Of a stretch of DNA of 35,715 nt, positions 17,709 to 25,824 are shown piece by piece. The notes beneath the pieces were generated by a model, which did no database searches, was not told the origin of the DNA, and was given only the letters and a program-made list of their open reading frames with translations. Source of the stretch: a virus (taxonomy: Duplodnaviria > Caudoviricetes); the IMG/VR virus record IMGVR_UViG_3300030372_001582, positions 1-35,715 of that record; one strand, 5' to 3'. The translations under genes were made by a program, and so were the position numbers. Positions within the stretch are counted from its first letter, which is position 1. Each line of letters starts with the position of its first letter.

Positions 17709-17839
17709 AATTTATTTATTAAGTTTTTTAATTTATCTAAATCTCCAACCATTAATATACTATCATTGGTAAACAGGTCTCTGTATTCAAACAACGAAAC
17801 TAATTCTTTAAGTTCATTTATTGTTTCTTTCTTTTTCAT
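17705..17839 (-). CDS. Hypothetical micro-protein (44 aa, MKKKETINELKELVSLF...)
   Basis: Hand translation; ATGA overlaps at both ends. Confidence 0.6.
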   Translation of the reverse strand: MKKKETINELKELVSLFEYRDLFTNDSILMVGDLDKLKNLINKL

Positions 17840-18246
17840 ATTATACCTTTTGCTATTGATTCATTTAACCTTTTAATCATACTTTTAATTTCATCCTCTT
17901 GTATCCTTTCTAAGCATTGATTATCTTTCTCGTCAAAGTTTACTCTATAAACCTCAACTTCTTTATTGGTAAGATGATATTCATATTCTTCCCAACATTC
18001 AGAGTCATAAGTAGTAACACCCCAACCAGTAAATTCAGAGTTGTCTAATTGATAAGTATTTCCATATTTGCTTGAAAACCTAAGTAACTGAGCAAACTTA
18101 TAACTCGGATCATCTCCTCGTTGTTTGTTAAATCTATCGTTAAACTTACTTAACCATAAATAATTCGCTTCAGGATATCCGTCCCAATGCTTATAAATCT
18201 TAGCGTACTTTACGCCATCTATTTTTATTGTACATCTAGTAGCCAT
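17836..18246 (-). CDS. YxHWDGYP-motif phage protein (136 aa)
   Basis: MATRCTI...IYKHWDGYPE...EEYEY; widespread uncharacterised family by recall. Confidence 0.75.
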   Translation of the reverse strand: MATRCTIKIDGVKYAKIYKHWDGYPEANYLWLSKFNDRFNKQRGDDPSYKFAQLLRFSSKYGNTYQLDNSEFTGWGVTTYDSECWEEYEYHLTNKEVEVYRVNFDEKDNQCLERIQEDEIKSMIKRLNESIAKGII

Positions 18247-18248
18247 AA

Positions 18249-18479
18249 TTATTTTGTTTTACCATTATCTAAATTTAACTTATCTAACACCTTTAACATT
18301 CCAGCTCCTTCTAATTTTTGTTTAGCGTTTCCCTGGAACAATAATTTGTGTGCGGACTCTCTTAAATCAATCGAGTCGTCTTTTTTTGATCTGAGGTTCA
18401 AAGTACCTTCTGAGTCTCCATCAATATATCTATCTCCGAAAACTTCTTTCATTGCTTTTTTAAATTCTTGTATTTTCAT
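18249..18479 (-). CDS. Hypothetical protein (76 aa)
   Basis: ORF track; A-rich leader. Confidence 0.65.
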   Translation of the reverse strand: MKIQEFKKAMKEVFGDRYIDGDSEGTLNLRSKKDDSIDLRESAHKLLFQGNAKQKLEGAGMLKVLDKLNLDNGKTK

Positions 18480-18500
18480 AATGTTTTGTTTTTATATTAT

Positions 18501-18662
18501 TTATTTTAATCTTTTTGCTGGGTAACCTTTATTTGTTTTTTGCCACCTGTAAGTTTGATCAAACTCATCACAAGGAATGAACGTAATCTTATCAGTTACG
18601 GGTTTTAACTTATACCATTTTCCGTATTTATTTTTTTTCCATATTGGTTTTTGATTTTTCAT
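18501..18662 (-). CDS. Hypothetical basic micro-protein (53 aa, MKNQKPIWKKNKYGKWY...)
   Basis: Hand translation; ATGA overlap with the upstream stop. Confidence 0.55.
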   Translation of the reverse strand: MKNQKPIWKKNKYGKWYKLKPVTDKITFIPCDEFDQTYRWQKTNKGYPAKRLK

Positions 18663-18922
18663 AATTTTATTTGTTTACCATTTATATTAACCTGTTTTAA
18701 AGTAAGTAGGTTAATCATTCTATATGCAAGCTTTTGCATATCAAACACAACAAGCAATCCCTTTGACATAGGGTCAAAAGACATTCCCTGTCCTGTTACA
18801 CCTTTAGAGACTCCACGCCTGGCGTTCATTCTCCTTTCGGTTCCGTCCTTCTTAATGAAGGTAGCCGAGAATATTTTACCATTCTCGGACTCTTTTATAA
18901 ATTGTTTTAGTTTATTATTCAT
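18659..18922 (-). CDS. SH3/Sm-like beta-barrel protein (DUF2693/WYL_2-like)
   Basis: F.KKDGT.R.M...RGV and V.FDMQK.AYR.I pattern. Confidence 0.65.
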   Translation of the reverse strand: MNNKLKQFIKESENGKIFSATFIKKDGTERRMNARRGVSKGVTGQGMSFDPMSKGLLVVFDMQKLAYRMINLLTLKQVNINGKQIKL

Positions 18923-18978
18923 ATTATTTAATTTAATAGTTATTCATTGGGTTTGCATGACAAACCCAATGAAATAAT

Positions 18979-19170
18979 TTATTCTGGTATTTCACCAAAT
19001 CTTAAAAGCCTACTAAGTCTTTGCATCTCAGATCTTAGCGACTGTCTCATTTCTTGTTTATCAAGAACTACATCATTAGTCTCAGGGTCTAACCAATATT
19101 CAACCCTAACAGGTATTCTATAATCTCGATACCACTCAACTAATTTGCTTTTAAATTGTTTTTCTTTCAT
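18979..19170 (-). CDS. Hypothetical protein (63 aa)
   Basis: ORF track; first gene after array 2. Confidence 0.65.
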   Translation of the reverse strand: MKEKQFKSKLVEWYRDYRIPVRVEYWLDPETNDVVLDKQEMRQSLRSEMQRLSRLLRFGEIPE

Positions 19171-19259
19171 AATTAAAATGTTTTGTTGGATGCAATATAT
19201 AAAACTTTTTTAAATAATTGTGTATAAAATGTTAATTATTTTTTTGTGTATCTGCTTGA

Positions 19260-19315
19260 CCTACTGCGTTTAACGATAAACCTACTGCGTTTAATGATTA
19301 CCCTACTGCGTTTAA
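19260..19315. repeat. Array 2: three exact CCTACTGCGTTTAA copies at 21-bp period
   Basis: Copies start at 19260, 19281 and 19302; the last contains the TerL stop. Confidence 0.95.
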
Positions 19316-20523
19316 CGAATAGAGTAGGTGCCTTTGTTAAATCCCTCTAAAGCGTATTGAGCTGCGTAGCGGATTGAATCGATACAGTGATTGAATTTAT
19401 CGACAGGTTTAGTTTGACCTTTGGTTGCCCAAACATAATTATTTAATTCTTTAACAAGATCCGTAGAGTCAGGATCTATTATTAAATCAAAGTCTTGTAG
19501 TAATGCAATACCAGACAGAATAGACCCACTGCGTTTAATGGTCGGTCTTATGTTCACTCCCTTCGCCTTGACTTCTTTTATAAGTCTCGGCTCAGAGTTA
19601 TCTGATATTATAAGTTGTGGTCCAGCATATCTTATATTGAAGTCTGCAATCTGTGATGTAGATAATCCAGCTTTACAATACATTACTTTACAAAATATAC
19701 GCCTACCTTTTTTATCTATACTGAGTTTAGTGAGGACAGTCGGATCAATACTAAATCCAAAGTCTTGACCATAGTATATTTCATAGTTCTCATTGAAATC
19801 TCCTATCCTCCAGTTCTTGAATATAACACCTTCTTGCTTTTCTAACCAGGCTCCCATAATCTGATGAACGTATTTCTCTGGCCTTCTTCTTCTGATGTCT
19901 TGTATTTGGTTGAGAAAAGATATTGATAGATGATCTTTGTTGTCTAAGTAAGTTGTATGAATGTATGTTATGTTTTGTTTTATTCCGTTATATCCATCAG
20001 GCACATCCCTGTTTTGGAAGAACCTACTAAATATCCAGTGTTCTTTTGTAGTTGGGTTCAGTATCAATATAACCCTATTGAGTTTATTTTTCACTCTTAC
20101 AGATTGATCTATTTTATCGAAGTCGTCTTCGTTTGTCAGCTCCTCAGCTTCATCAAGTACAAATGTAGTTATTGCGTTTAATGATTTCAGTGCGGCTGTT
20201 TGATTACCTGATGCAGTTCGTATACCCTTAAACAATATACTTGACTTTGTTTTTATGTTGGTGATCTCGTCTTTAGTTATTCTAAAGTCTTCGACCACAC
20301 CCATTAGCTCTAGCTTCTCTATAAACTCTGGGATAATAGATGATGCTGCTGATACCATTGTATACCTGGTAAACAATATCTTGTGGCCTCTTTCGTAAGT
20401 AAGCAACAATAGAAATACATTAACTGCAAATGATTTACCACTGCCCCTACCGCCTGTAACTATAAAATATCTTGATTGATTACCAAACGCCTGGTACTTG
20501 CTATTCAGCTTCGGTGGCTTCAT
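19312..20523 (-). CDS. terL: Terminase large subunit (PBSX/SPP1-like)
   Basis: Walker A GGRGSGKS, Walker B FVLDEAEE, LNPT, HTTYLDN, nuclease GQDFGF..DPT and NHCIDSIRY. Confidence 0.95.
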   Translation of the reverse strand: MKPPKLNSKYQAFGNQSRYFIVTGGRGSGKSFAVNVFLLLLTYERGHKILFTRYTMVSAASSIIPEFIEKLELMGVVEDFRITKDEITNIKTKSSILFKGIRTASGNQTAALKSLNAITTFVLDEAEELTNEDDFDKIDQSVRVKNKLNRVILILNPTTKEHWIFSRFFQNRDVPDGYNGIKQNITYIHTTYLDNKDHLSISFLNQIQDIRRRRPEKYVHQIMGAWLEKQEGVIFKNWRIGDFNENYEIYYGQDFGFSIDPTVLTKLSIDKKGRRIFCKVMYCKAGLSTSQIADFNIRYAGPQLIISDNSEPRLIKEVKAKGVNIRPTIKRSGSILSGIALLQDFDLIIDPDSTDLVKELNNYVWATKGQTKPVDKFNHCIDSIRYAAQYALEGFNKGTYSIR

Positions 20524-20890
20524 CTATATCTATTGTTTTTTCTTTACTACCCTCAAAGAAATTCATTATGGATATATCTACCTTATCTGCATTACCACCC
20601 AGGTCAACATAATCTTTTGGCTTACCATAAACATACTCAACGATCATCTTACGGTCAAACTGTGAGTCTCTTGCATTCTCGGCTATTAGTTTCCAGAACT
20701 CTTGCTCAGATCCATATATTTGTTTTATAGCGTCTGTAGCCAACAATCTTGACCTATTGCGTTTAGCGACATTCATTTTACTAGAAGTCGCCAGAGAACG
20801 CCTTAAAACAGCGTCTCCTGGCTTCTGACCGTTATTCTTTCTACCGTCAGTAGGTTTCATATACTTTCTTACTGTTTTCTTTCTAGGCAT
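20501..20890 (-). CDS. terS: Probable terminase small subunit
   Basis: Overlaps the TerL start; DGRKNN and EYVYGKP motifs; basic N-terminus. Confidence 0.65.
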   Translation of the reverse strand: MPRKKTVRKYMKPTDGRKNNGQKPGDAVLRRSLATSSKMNVAKRNRSRLLATDAIKQIYGSEQEFWKLIAENARDSQFDRKMIVEYVYGKPKDYVDLGGNADKVDISIMNFFEGSKEKTIDIDEATEAE

Positions 20891-21129
20891 TTAGTTTGGT
20901 ATATATGTTGATATGTTTTCCAGATTTTATCACTCCAATTATTTTTTGTGTATAGTTTGTCGCTTTCAGCTTTAACTCCTTTGTATTCTAATATAATTAA
21001 ATATAATTTACCAACTGGTTGTGGATACAACTTATACCCGTTTTTCAAACACCAGGATATAGCTAACAAATTATATTCTGTATTAATTTTACCTTTCTCA
21101 ACATTCTTGCTCTGCCTTATGTTTTTCAT
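20869..21129 (-). CDS. Hypothetical protein (86 aa)
   Basis: AISWCLKNG.K.YP; overlap packing. Confidence 0.65.
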   Translation of the reverse strand: MKNIRQSKNVEKGKINTEYNLLAISWCLKNGYKLYPQPVGKLYLIILEYKGVKAESDKLYTKNNWSDKIWKTYQHIYQTKCLERKQ

Positions 21130-21502
21130 TCATATCCTCAATCATTATTTTATATTTAATGATTTCTGATTTTAGATTTATGTTCTCATCTATTAAATCT
21201 TGTTTTGCCTTTTTTGTATTGTTAACAAAATGCTTGTATTCCTTTTTGAAGTTTTTACAAACGCTAGCTAAATGATTATCGTATTTAAATATGATAGGAA
21301 TTATTTTTTTTAGTGAATGTAAAACTGATGTGTGATGCACGTCCATTGAGTCAGCTATAGCTTCGACACCACAGCTTGTGTGGTTTCTCGCTAGATAAAA
21401 ATATACAGCTCTTGCATAAACATAAGATCTTTGTCTAGTCTTTATTGATATGTCTATTTCAGTACATTGTTCAACAAAGGCTCTAATTTGTGATAATTTC
21501 AT
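21098..21502 (-). CDS. DnaA domain IV (Bac_DnaA_C)-like HTH protein with C-terminal coiled coil
   Basis: KTRQR.YV.AR....YLAR......IA......HTSVLHS.KK resembles the DnaA R.....ARQ..MYL.R...IG..F..DHTTV.HA pattern. Confidence 0.7.
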   Translation of the reverse strand: MKLSQIRAFVEQCTEIDISIKTRQRSYVYARAVYFYLARNHTSCGVEAIADSMDVHHTSVLHSLKKIIPIIFKYDNHLASVCKNFKKEYKHFVNNTKKAKQDLIDENINLKSEIIKYKIMIEDMNEKHKAEQEC

Positions 21503-21504
21503 AG

Positions 21505-21774
21505 TTAATTTATTTTTGACAAACCTAAGAAAAATTTCGCTGACTTTATAGCTAAATGTATTCCTTCACATTCTTCATACAGTTCTAAGTCCTCAAAAAA
21601 CTTTAAAGTTCTCTCGCATTCCTCAAGTGTGCTGCCGTGTGTCAAGTCCTCTACAGTAAAATCAAAATACAGTTTAGACAAGGCATTACTAAATTGCAAA
21701 GTATTTGACATAGTTTCCAACTGCCTTTTTAACTTTATGTTCTCCTGATCTAAGAAAATCCTCTGTAACCTCAT
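21505..21774 (-). CDS. Hypothetical protein (true start probably internal)
   Basis: L..FEDLELYEECEGI motif; the 5' part overlaps the upstream gene. Confidence 0.55.
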   Translation of the reverse strand: MRLQRIFLDQENIKLKRQLETMSNTLQFSNALSKLYFDFTVEDLTHGSTLEECERTLKFFEDLELYEECEGIHLAIKSAKFFLGLSKIN

Positions 21775-22423
21775 CTGTCTTTACCTTTTTTGTCCTTTTA
21801 TCTATTATAACAAATTCAAAGGTTTCTTTATCAAACAATTTCATATACAAATATGCCTGTATGTCGTAGCCATAAAAATATTTATTGTAATCCCAGTTGT
21901 CAATATCGCCTGTGGTCTTTATATCAACAACACGATCTTCGCATAATAAATCAGCCTTTCCTCTAAAAGGTAATCCAAAAACATAATTTATGTTTGGAAC
22001 TTCAGGCTTACCATTTTCAATTAAATACTTTGACCTACTATGTTTAAGGATATTATGTTTAAGATCTTCTGCCCAAAGTTTTTCTTTATGAAGCATAACT
22101 TCTTTTTTAGATGTTGATGCTATTTCCTTGAACTCTTTGTTTCTTCTTGTGCTTACATCAACGAAATCATAATACTCATCCATCTTGTCAGTTTCTAAAA
22201 CCGTAACGTGAAACAATCTACCATCTCTTAGTGGTTTAAGGTTGGGGCTGAATTTGTTATCTTCAAACAAATAGTCTTCTACACTTTCACACAGCTTCTT
22301 ACAAGAGGATGATGATAAGCAATTAGCACCTAGATAGCCATAGTAAAATTCATTATCATACATCTTGTCTATGATATCATCTACCTTCCATTCAGAGCCA
22401 TCAAGCAATCTTATTGTCTTCAT
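21689..22423 (-). CDS. PD-(D/E)XK exonuclease (RecE/ExoVIII, DUF3799-like)
   Basis: LSSS..K.L, G.LFH...LE, FRGKAD and VDIKTT...YGYDIQAY.Y. Confidence 0.8.
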   Translation of the reverse strand: MKTIRLLDGSEWKVDDIIDKMYDNEFYYGYLGANCLSSSSCKKLCESVEDYLFEDNKFSPNLKPLRDGRLFHVTVLETDKMDEYYDFVDVSTRRNKEFKEIASTSKKEVMLHKEKLWAEDLKHNILKHSRSKYLIENGKPEVPNINYVFGLPFRGKADLLCEDRVVDIKTTGDIDNWDYNKYFYGYDIQAYLYMKLFDKETFEFVIIDKRTKKVKTDEVTEDFLRSGEHKVKKAVGNYVKYFAI

Positions 22424-22818
22424 ATTAATTTAGTTGCTTTATCAACATTGATATAGGCAACTATTTTTTTTACCCTTTCGTTATTGCTAAAATTTGTAGT
22501 AGCTGGATTTTTACTATTGACTTCCCATCTTGGATCAGCAAGAAATAGATTATAACAGTAAATGCCTTTTGGGGTGCTGCATATATAAAGAGGTGTTTCG
22601 TCTGACCCAAAACATTCTGATATCAAATAATCATATTTACTTTTTTCTATAATTAAATCCTCGTAATGTTTTTTTCTGCATTTAAGCTCAATGCGATAAC
22701 CCCATATGCTAGAATAACAATCCCACTTAGACATCTTGTTTCTTGACTTTACAAGATCTGTAAAATGATACAGCTTCAAATAATTAAAGAGCTCAAGCTC
22801 ACTTTTAATAGTTTTCAT
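22420..22818 (-). CDS. Small PD-(D/E)XK-like endonuclease (putative)
   Basis: WDC...IELKCR..HY..L.IEK.KY, YI.STP.G. Confidence 0.55.
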   Translation of the reverse strand: MKTIKSELELFNYLKLYHFTDLVKSRNKMSKWDCYSSIWGYRIELKCRKKHYEDLIIEKSKYDYLISECFGSDETPLYICSTPKGIYCYNLFLADPRWEVNSKNPATTNFSNNERVKKIVAYINVDKATKLI

Positions 22819-23212
22819 ATAATCTTTTCAGTGGATTGTACACGTTTGACACAAAGCAAGAGCTACAACCTGTGGCTCTTTGATGTGCATTGAACACCCT
22901 GTTATATATGTTGATAGACCTGCTAACTTTGTCAGCAGAAAGCACACTGCCTTTTGTGTTAAACATTTTGTCAAGAAAAATATATTCTGATTGAGTCAAG
23001 CACTCTGGCTTGCTGTAATCAAATAATTTATTTAGCTTTTCTTTTCTTTCATCACAGCCGCAATCCTCACCTAGTGCCCACTTTACAGCAGTCTTTATGC
23101 CAGTCGCTTTTGTAATTTTTTCTATATCGTCACCAAGTCCTTTAGACTTGTTGTCGAATTTTTCTTTCCACTCTTTATATTTTTTTGTTCTTTTATCTTT
23201 TGGTTTTTTCAT
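22805..23212 (-). CDS. Cys-rich phage protein (probable start MKKPKDKR)
   Basis: SKGLGD.IEKIT.ATGIK, DCGCDERK.KLN and CSSC; possible Zn binding. Confidence 0.7.
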   Translation of the reverse strand: MKKPKDKRTKKYKEWKEKFDNKSKGLGDDIEKITKATGIKTAVKWALGEDCGCDERKEKLNKLFDYSKPECLTQSEYIFLDKMFNTKGSVLSADKVSRSINIYNRVFNAHQRATGCSSCFVSNVYNPLKRLYENY

Positions 23213-23213
23213 A

Positions 23214-23801
23214 TTATTTAATTTTATGGTAATCTTTGTTAAAGAAATCTGCAACATCTTCTCCAAACTTTTGCTCTATAATTATTTTATAATTCTTACA
23301 AGAATTATAAATACTTGTTAATGATATGCCTGTTTCACTTGCAATCTTTCTTAAACTCTTATCTGTATAATAATATAATCTAAAAAGCTTCTCATCGTAC
23401 CAATGCCAAGTTTTTATTTCATTATCTATTTTGTCAATTAGTTTTTGATGAGCCTGTTCATATAAGATCATATTTTTTTCATCATCAATGGATGTCGTCA
23501 AGTTTATTGGATAATAGTTTATATTATTGCTATCGTCAAAACTATCATAATCCTGGTACTGTAATCTTGTATTTTTCTTTTCGGCGTTCTTGTGCTGGTA
23601 ATACAGATTTTTTATTGTAACATATATATATAAAGAGTTTATTTTACCATTGACTTTTATTTTGTCAATGTCTTTTATGTACTTTAATATTCTGAAATAC
23701 ATAAGTTGTACTAGGTCGTTTGCTAAATGTTCATCTTTACAAATGGAGAGAGCTATCCTATGCCACTCTTCATTTCGTTTAGATAATTCATTTAGTATCA
23801 T
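23214..23801 (-). CDS. Phage ECF-type sigma-70-like factor
   Basis: Region-2-like A.DLVQ..Y..I...Y.Y....N.Y and region-4 HTH SLRKIASETGISLTSIYN, joined by a ~60-aa linker. Confidence 0.75.
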   Translation of the reverse strand: MILNELSKRNEEWHRIALSICKDEHLANDLVQLMYFRILKYIKDIDKIKVNGKINSLYIYVTIKNLYYQHKNAEKKNTRLQYQDYDSFDDSNNINYYPINLTTSIDDEKNMILYEQAHQKLIDKIDNEIKTWHWYDEKLFRLYYYTDKSLRKIASETGISLTSIYNSCKNYKIIIEQKFGEDVADFFNKDYHKIK

Positions 23802-24066
23802 TTTCTAGTTCCTTTTGTAAATTAGCTAGTGCTCTCCAAGCAACCTTAGCAGAATGTCTAATACCGTCATCATCAAAAGTCCCAGCTTGTAATAAATGTC
23901 TAGCTAAGGCGTCAAGCTCATCTCCTGACTTTGATCTATCCCAATGCAGTATTTTGTGAGGGTTGTGTTGCTCGTTGCCTTTATAGCTACACTTAGCCAC
24001 TTCTTTTATTGCGTCTGGGAAATAATTTAAAACGCCTGAATAAACTGGTATTTTTTTTCTGTTCAT
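23788..24066 (-). CDS. DUF5664-like (dATP/dGTP diphosphohydrolase domain) protein
   Basis: FPDA..EVA..S..GN.QH, W..SKS.D..DALARH and H.AKVAWRALA.L. Confidence 0.7.
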   Translation of the reverse strand: MNRKKIPVYSGVLNYFPDAIKEVAKCSYKGNEQHNPHKILHWDRSKSGDELDALARHLLQAGTFDDDGIRHSAKVAWRALANLQKELENDTK

Positions 24067-24071
24067 CTCCC

Positions 24072-24482
24072 TTAATATAATAATTTTAATTCAATTTTAT
24101 ATTCATCTCCATAATATTTCTTTAGCTCCTTGACATAACACACACTTGCATCATTCTCAAATACAATACCTTCCAAAGCGTCCATAAACGCTTTGTTCAC
24201 ATTGTCAAGAAGATCAGGGCTAGATATTCTAAATGTAAAGTTTTCTTTATCTTTCTTACGCCACTTTGCTGGATACTTGTATATGTAATGCAAATATTCT
24301 ACTGTAATAGGCGTACTATGTTTAATGATTACAAAGTCTTCGGGTAACTGTGATTTGGTCTGCTCAGCTATGGACCTTTTATATTTAACGACATTTTTTG
24401 GTGTGTATGTGTAGCCTTTTTTTGACATTCTTACTGATTGATGTGCTATAGGTCTTATATAATATGTAAGCTTTAATTCCAT
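24072..24482 (-). CDS. rusA: RusA-like Holliday junction resolvase
   Basis: YTP, PDL.DN..KAF.DALEG.VFENDA.V.....KYY. Confidence 0.85.
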   Translation of the reverse strand: MELKLTYYIRPIAHQSVRMSKKGYTYTPKNVVKYKRSIAEQTKSQLPEDFVIIKHSTPITVEYLHYIYKYPAKWRKKDKENFTFRISSPDLLDNVNKAFMDALEGIVFENDASVCYVKELKKYYGDEYKIELKLLY

Positions 24483-24691
24483 AAATCTGATTTAAATTCT
24501 AATTTATCAATATGTTTTTCTATGTTGCTAATCTCTTCAAGCAAGCCTAACATATGTTTTGGTTTAAATTTTACTCTTCCTTGTGCTTTATAATAACCAG
24601 GTGTTTGTGAATAACAAGTGTTAATTATTATAAATTGTATTAATTTTTTTCTATACTCTTTGAAGTATCTAATTTCTTTATCAAGATCCAT
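24473..24691 (-). CDS. Hypothetical protein (72 aa)
   Basis: ORF track; overlaps both neighbours. Confidence 0.6.
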   Translation of the reverse strand: MDLDKEIRYFKEYRKKLIQFIIINTCYSQTPGYYKAQGRVKFKPKHMLGLLEEISNIEKHIDKLEFKSDLWN

Positions 24692-25502
24692 TTGACTTTA
24701 TGTTTAGTAATGAATCAATTTTATCTATTATTCTTGGGTAACCATCTCTACATACCTCAAAACTAAAATCTTCAAATGGTACACTTCTGCTTCTTTTACA
24801 AGATACTTGTACAACATCATCATCTTTATCATTTACTTGTACTTTTATTTGTGTCTCTGTTTTTTTTTCTAATGCAGAACCTAAATGTCCTGTAGGCTTC
24901 TCAGAATTAAAATTACTATGTATTACACAAACCATATGTACATTATATTTTTCTGTCCAGTACATTATTTTTTGTACAAGATTGTTTGATTCCCTAATGT
25001 CATTTACATCTGATACAAGATCAGCAACACCATCAATAACCATCATTCCAATTCTATCGTAGTTTTTTTCAAGGTATAGTTCTATAAATAAATTTCTATC
25101 TTCTATACTAAGTGTTCGTAACCCATAGGTGTCATAGTGCGTGTTATCGCAACCTGCCATTTCTATTACTCTTCTAAATACTTTTTGTGCGTGGAATTTT
25201 CCTTGCTCTGTATCAAAGTGAACTAGCTTCAAGTCTCCTCTGTGACCAACTAAATCGCCAGTAAAAGATGTCTCGCCTGATAAATAGCAAGAACACAACA
25301 TTGAAACTAGAAACGTTTTTTTGGATTTTGGAGCCGCTTGTATAAAAGAAAAATTACCATAAGTGCCAATAGGAATAGGATAAAAGTTTTGACCACTTTT
25401 ATAATGACCGTATGATATAGCCACTGGAGGGTACTCAACTCTTTCATTTGGATCTATGTAAACTTTTTTGGTTAATCTATTAAATTTATTCTCAAGGTTC
25501 AT
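24681..25502 (-). CDS. RecA-fold AAA_25/SF4-like helicase
   Basis: Variant Walker A AAPKSKKT, FDTEQG, Walker B VIDGVAD, VIHSN and GHLGS. Start taken at MNLENK because the track start reads through a terminator. Confidence 0.8.
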   Translation of the reverse strand: MNLENKFNRLTKKVYIDPNERVEYPPVAISYGHYKSGQNFYPIPIGTYGNFSFIQAAPKSKKTFLVSMLCSCYLSGETSFTGDLVGHRGDLKLVHFDTEQGKFHAQKVFRRVIEMAGCDNTHYDTYGLRTLSIEDRNLFIELYLEKNYDRIGMMVIDGVADLVSDVNDIRESNNLVQKIMYWTEKYNVHMVCVIHSNFNSEKPTGHLGSALEKKTETQIKVQVNDKDDDVVQVSCKRSRSVPFEDFSFEVCRDGYPRIIDKIDSLLNIKSNGS

Positions 25503-25508
25503 ATAAGC

Positions 25509-25540
25509 AAAAAAAAAGGGTGGACATCTCTGCCCACCCC
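25509..25540 (-). terminator. Rho-independent terminator between SSB-like and helicase genes
   Basis: Minus strand GGGTGGGCA-GAGA-TGTCCACCC followed by T9. Confidence 0.8.
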
Positions 25541-25557
25541 TAAAACAAAACAAAAAA

Positions 25558-25821
25558 CTAAAAATCTACTAGCTCTTGCTGTGAGCTTTTGCCAGTAGAT
25601 ATATTACCGTCAGTCCATACTACTTTACCGTTACCTAGATAAGACTTGGGTACTTCCTGGTCTCTTTCCTCTTTACTTCTATTGTAGTAAACAGAAACAT
25701 TTTGACCATATTGATTTAATTCATCTCTGATAGATAAATCAAGGTTTAAATATCTTCCATCTTTTAGTTTAGACTTGTCTATTTTTTTTACATCTAAAGA
25801 TATACTTGCGATTGTTGCCAT
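25558..25821 (-). CDS. Putative single-stranded DNA-binding protein
   Basis: 87 aa after ERF; ISLDV.KIDK...YLNL...YGQNVSV...SKEER...YLGNGKV and an acidic-aromatic C-terminus (ELVDF). Confidence 0.6.
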   Translation of the reverse strand: MATIASISLDVKKIDKSKLKDGRYLNLDLSIRDELNQYGQNVSVYYNRSKEERDQEVPKSYLGNGKVVWTDGNISTGKSSQQELVDF

Positions 25822-25824
25822 AAG

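Noticed and set aside
16831-19315. Repeat arrays as mini-CRISPR
   Set aside because: Units are 14 bp with only 3-7 nt between them, too short for spacers; no cas genes.
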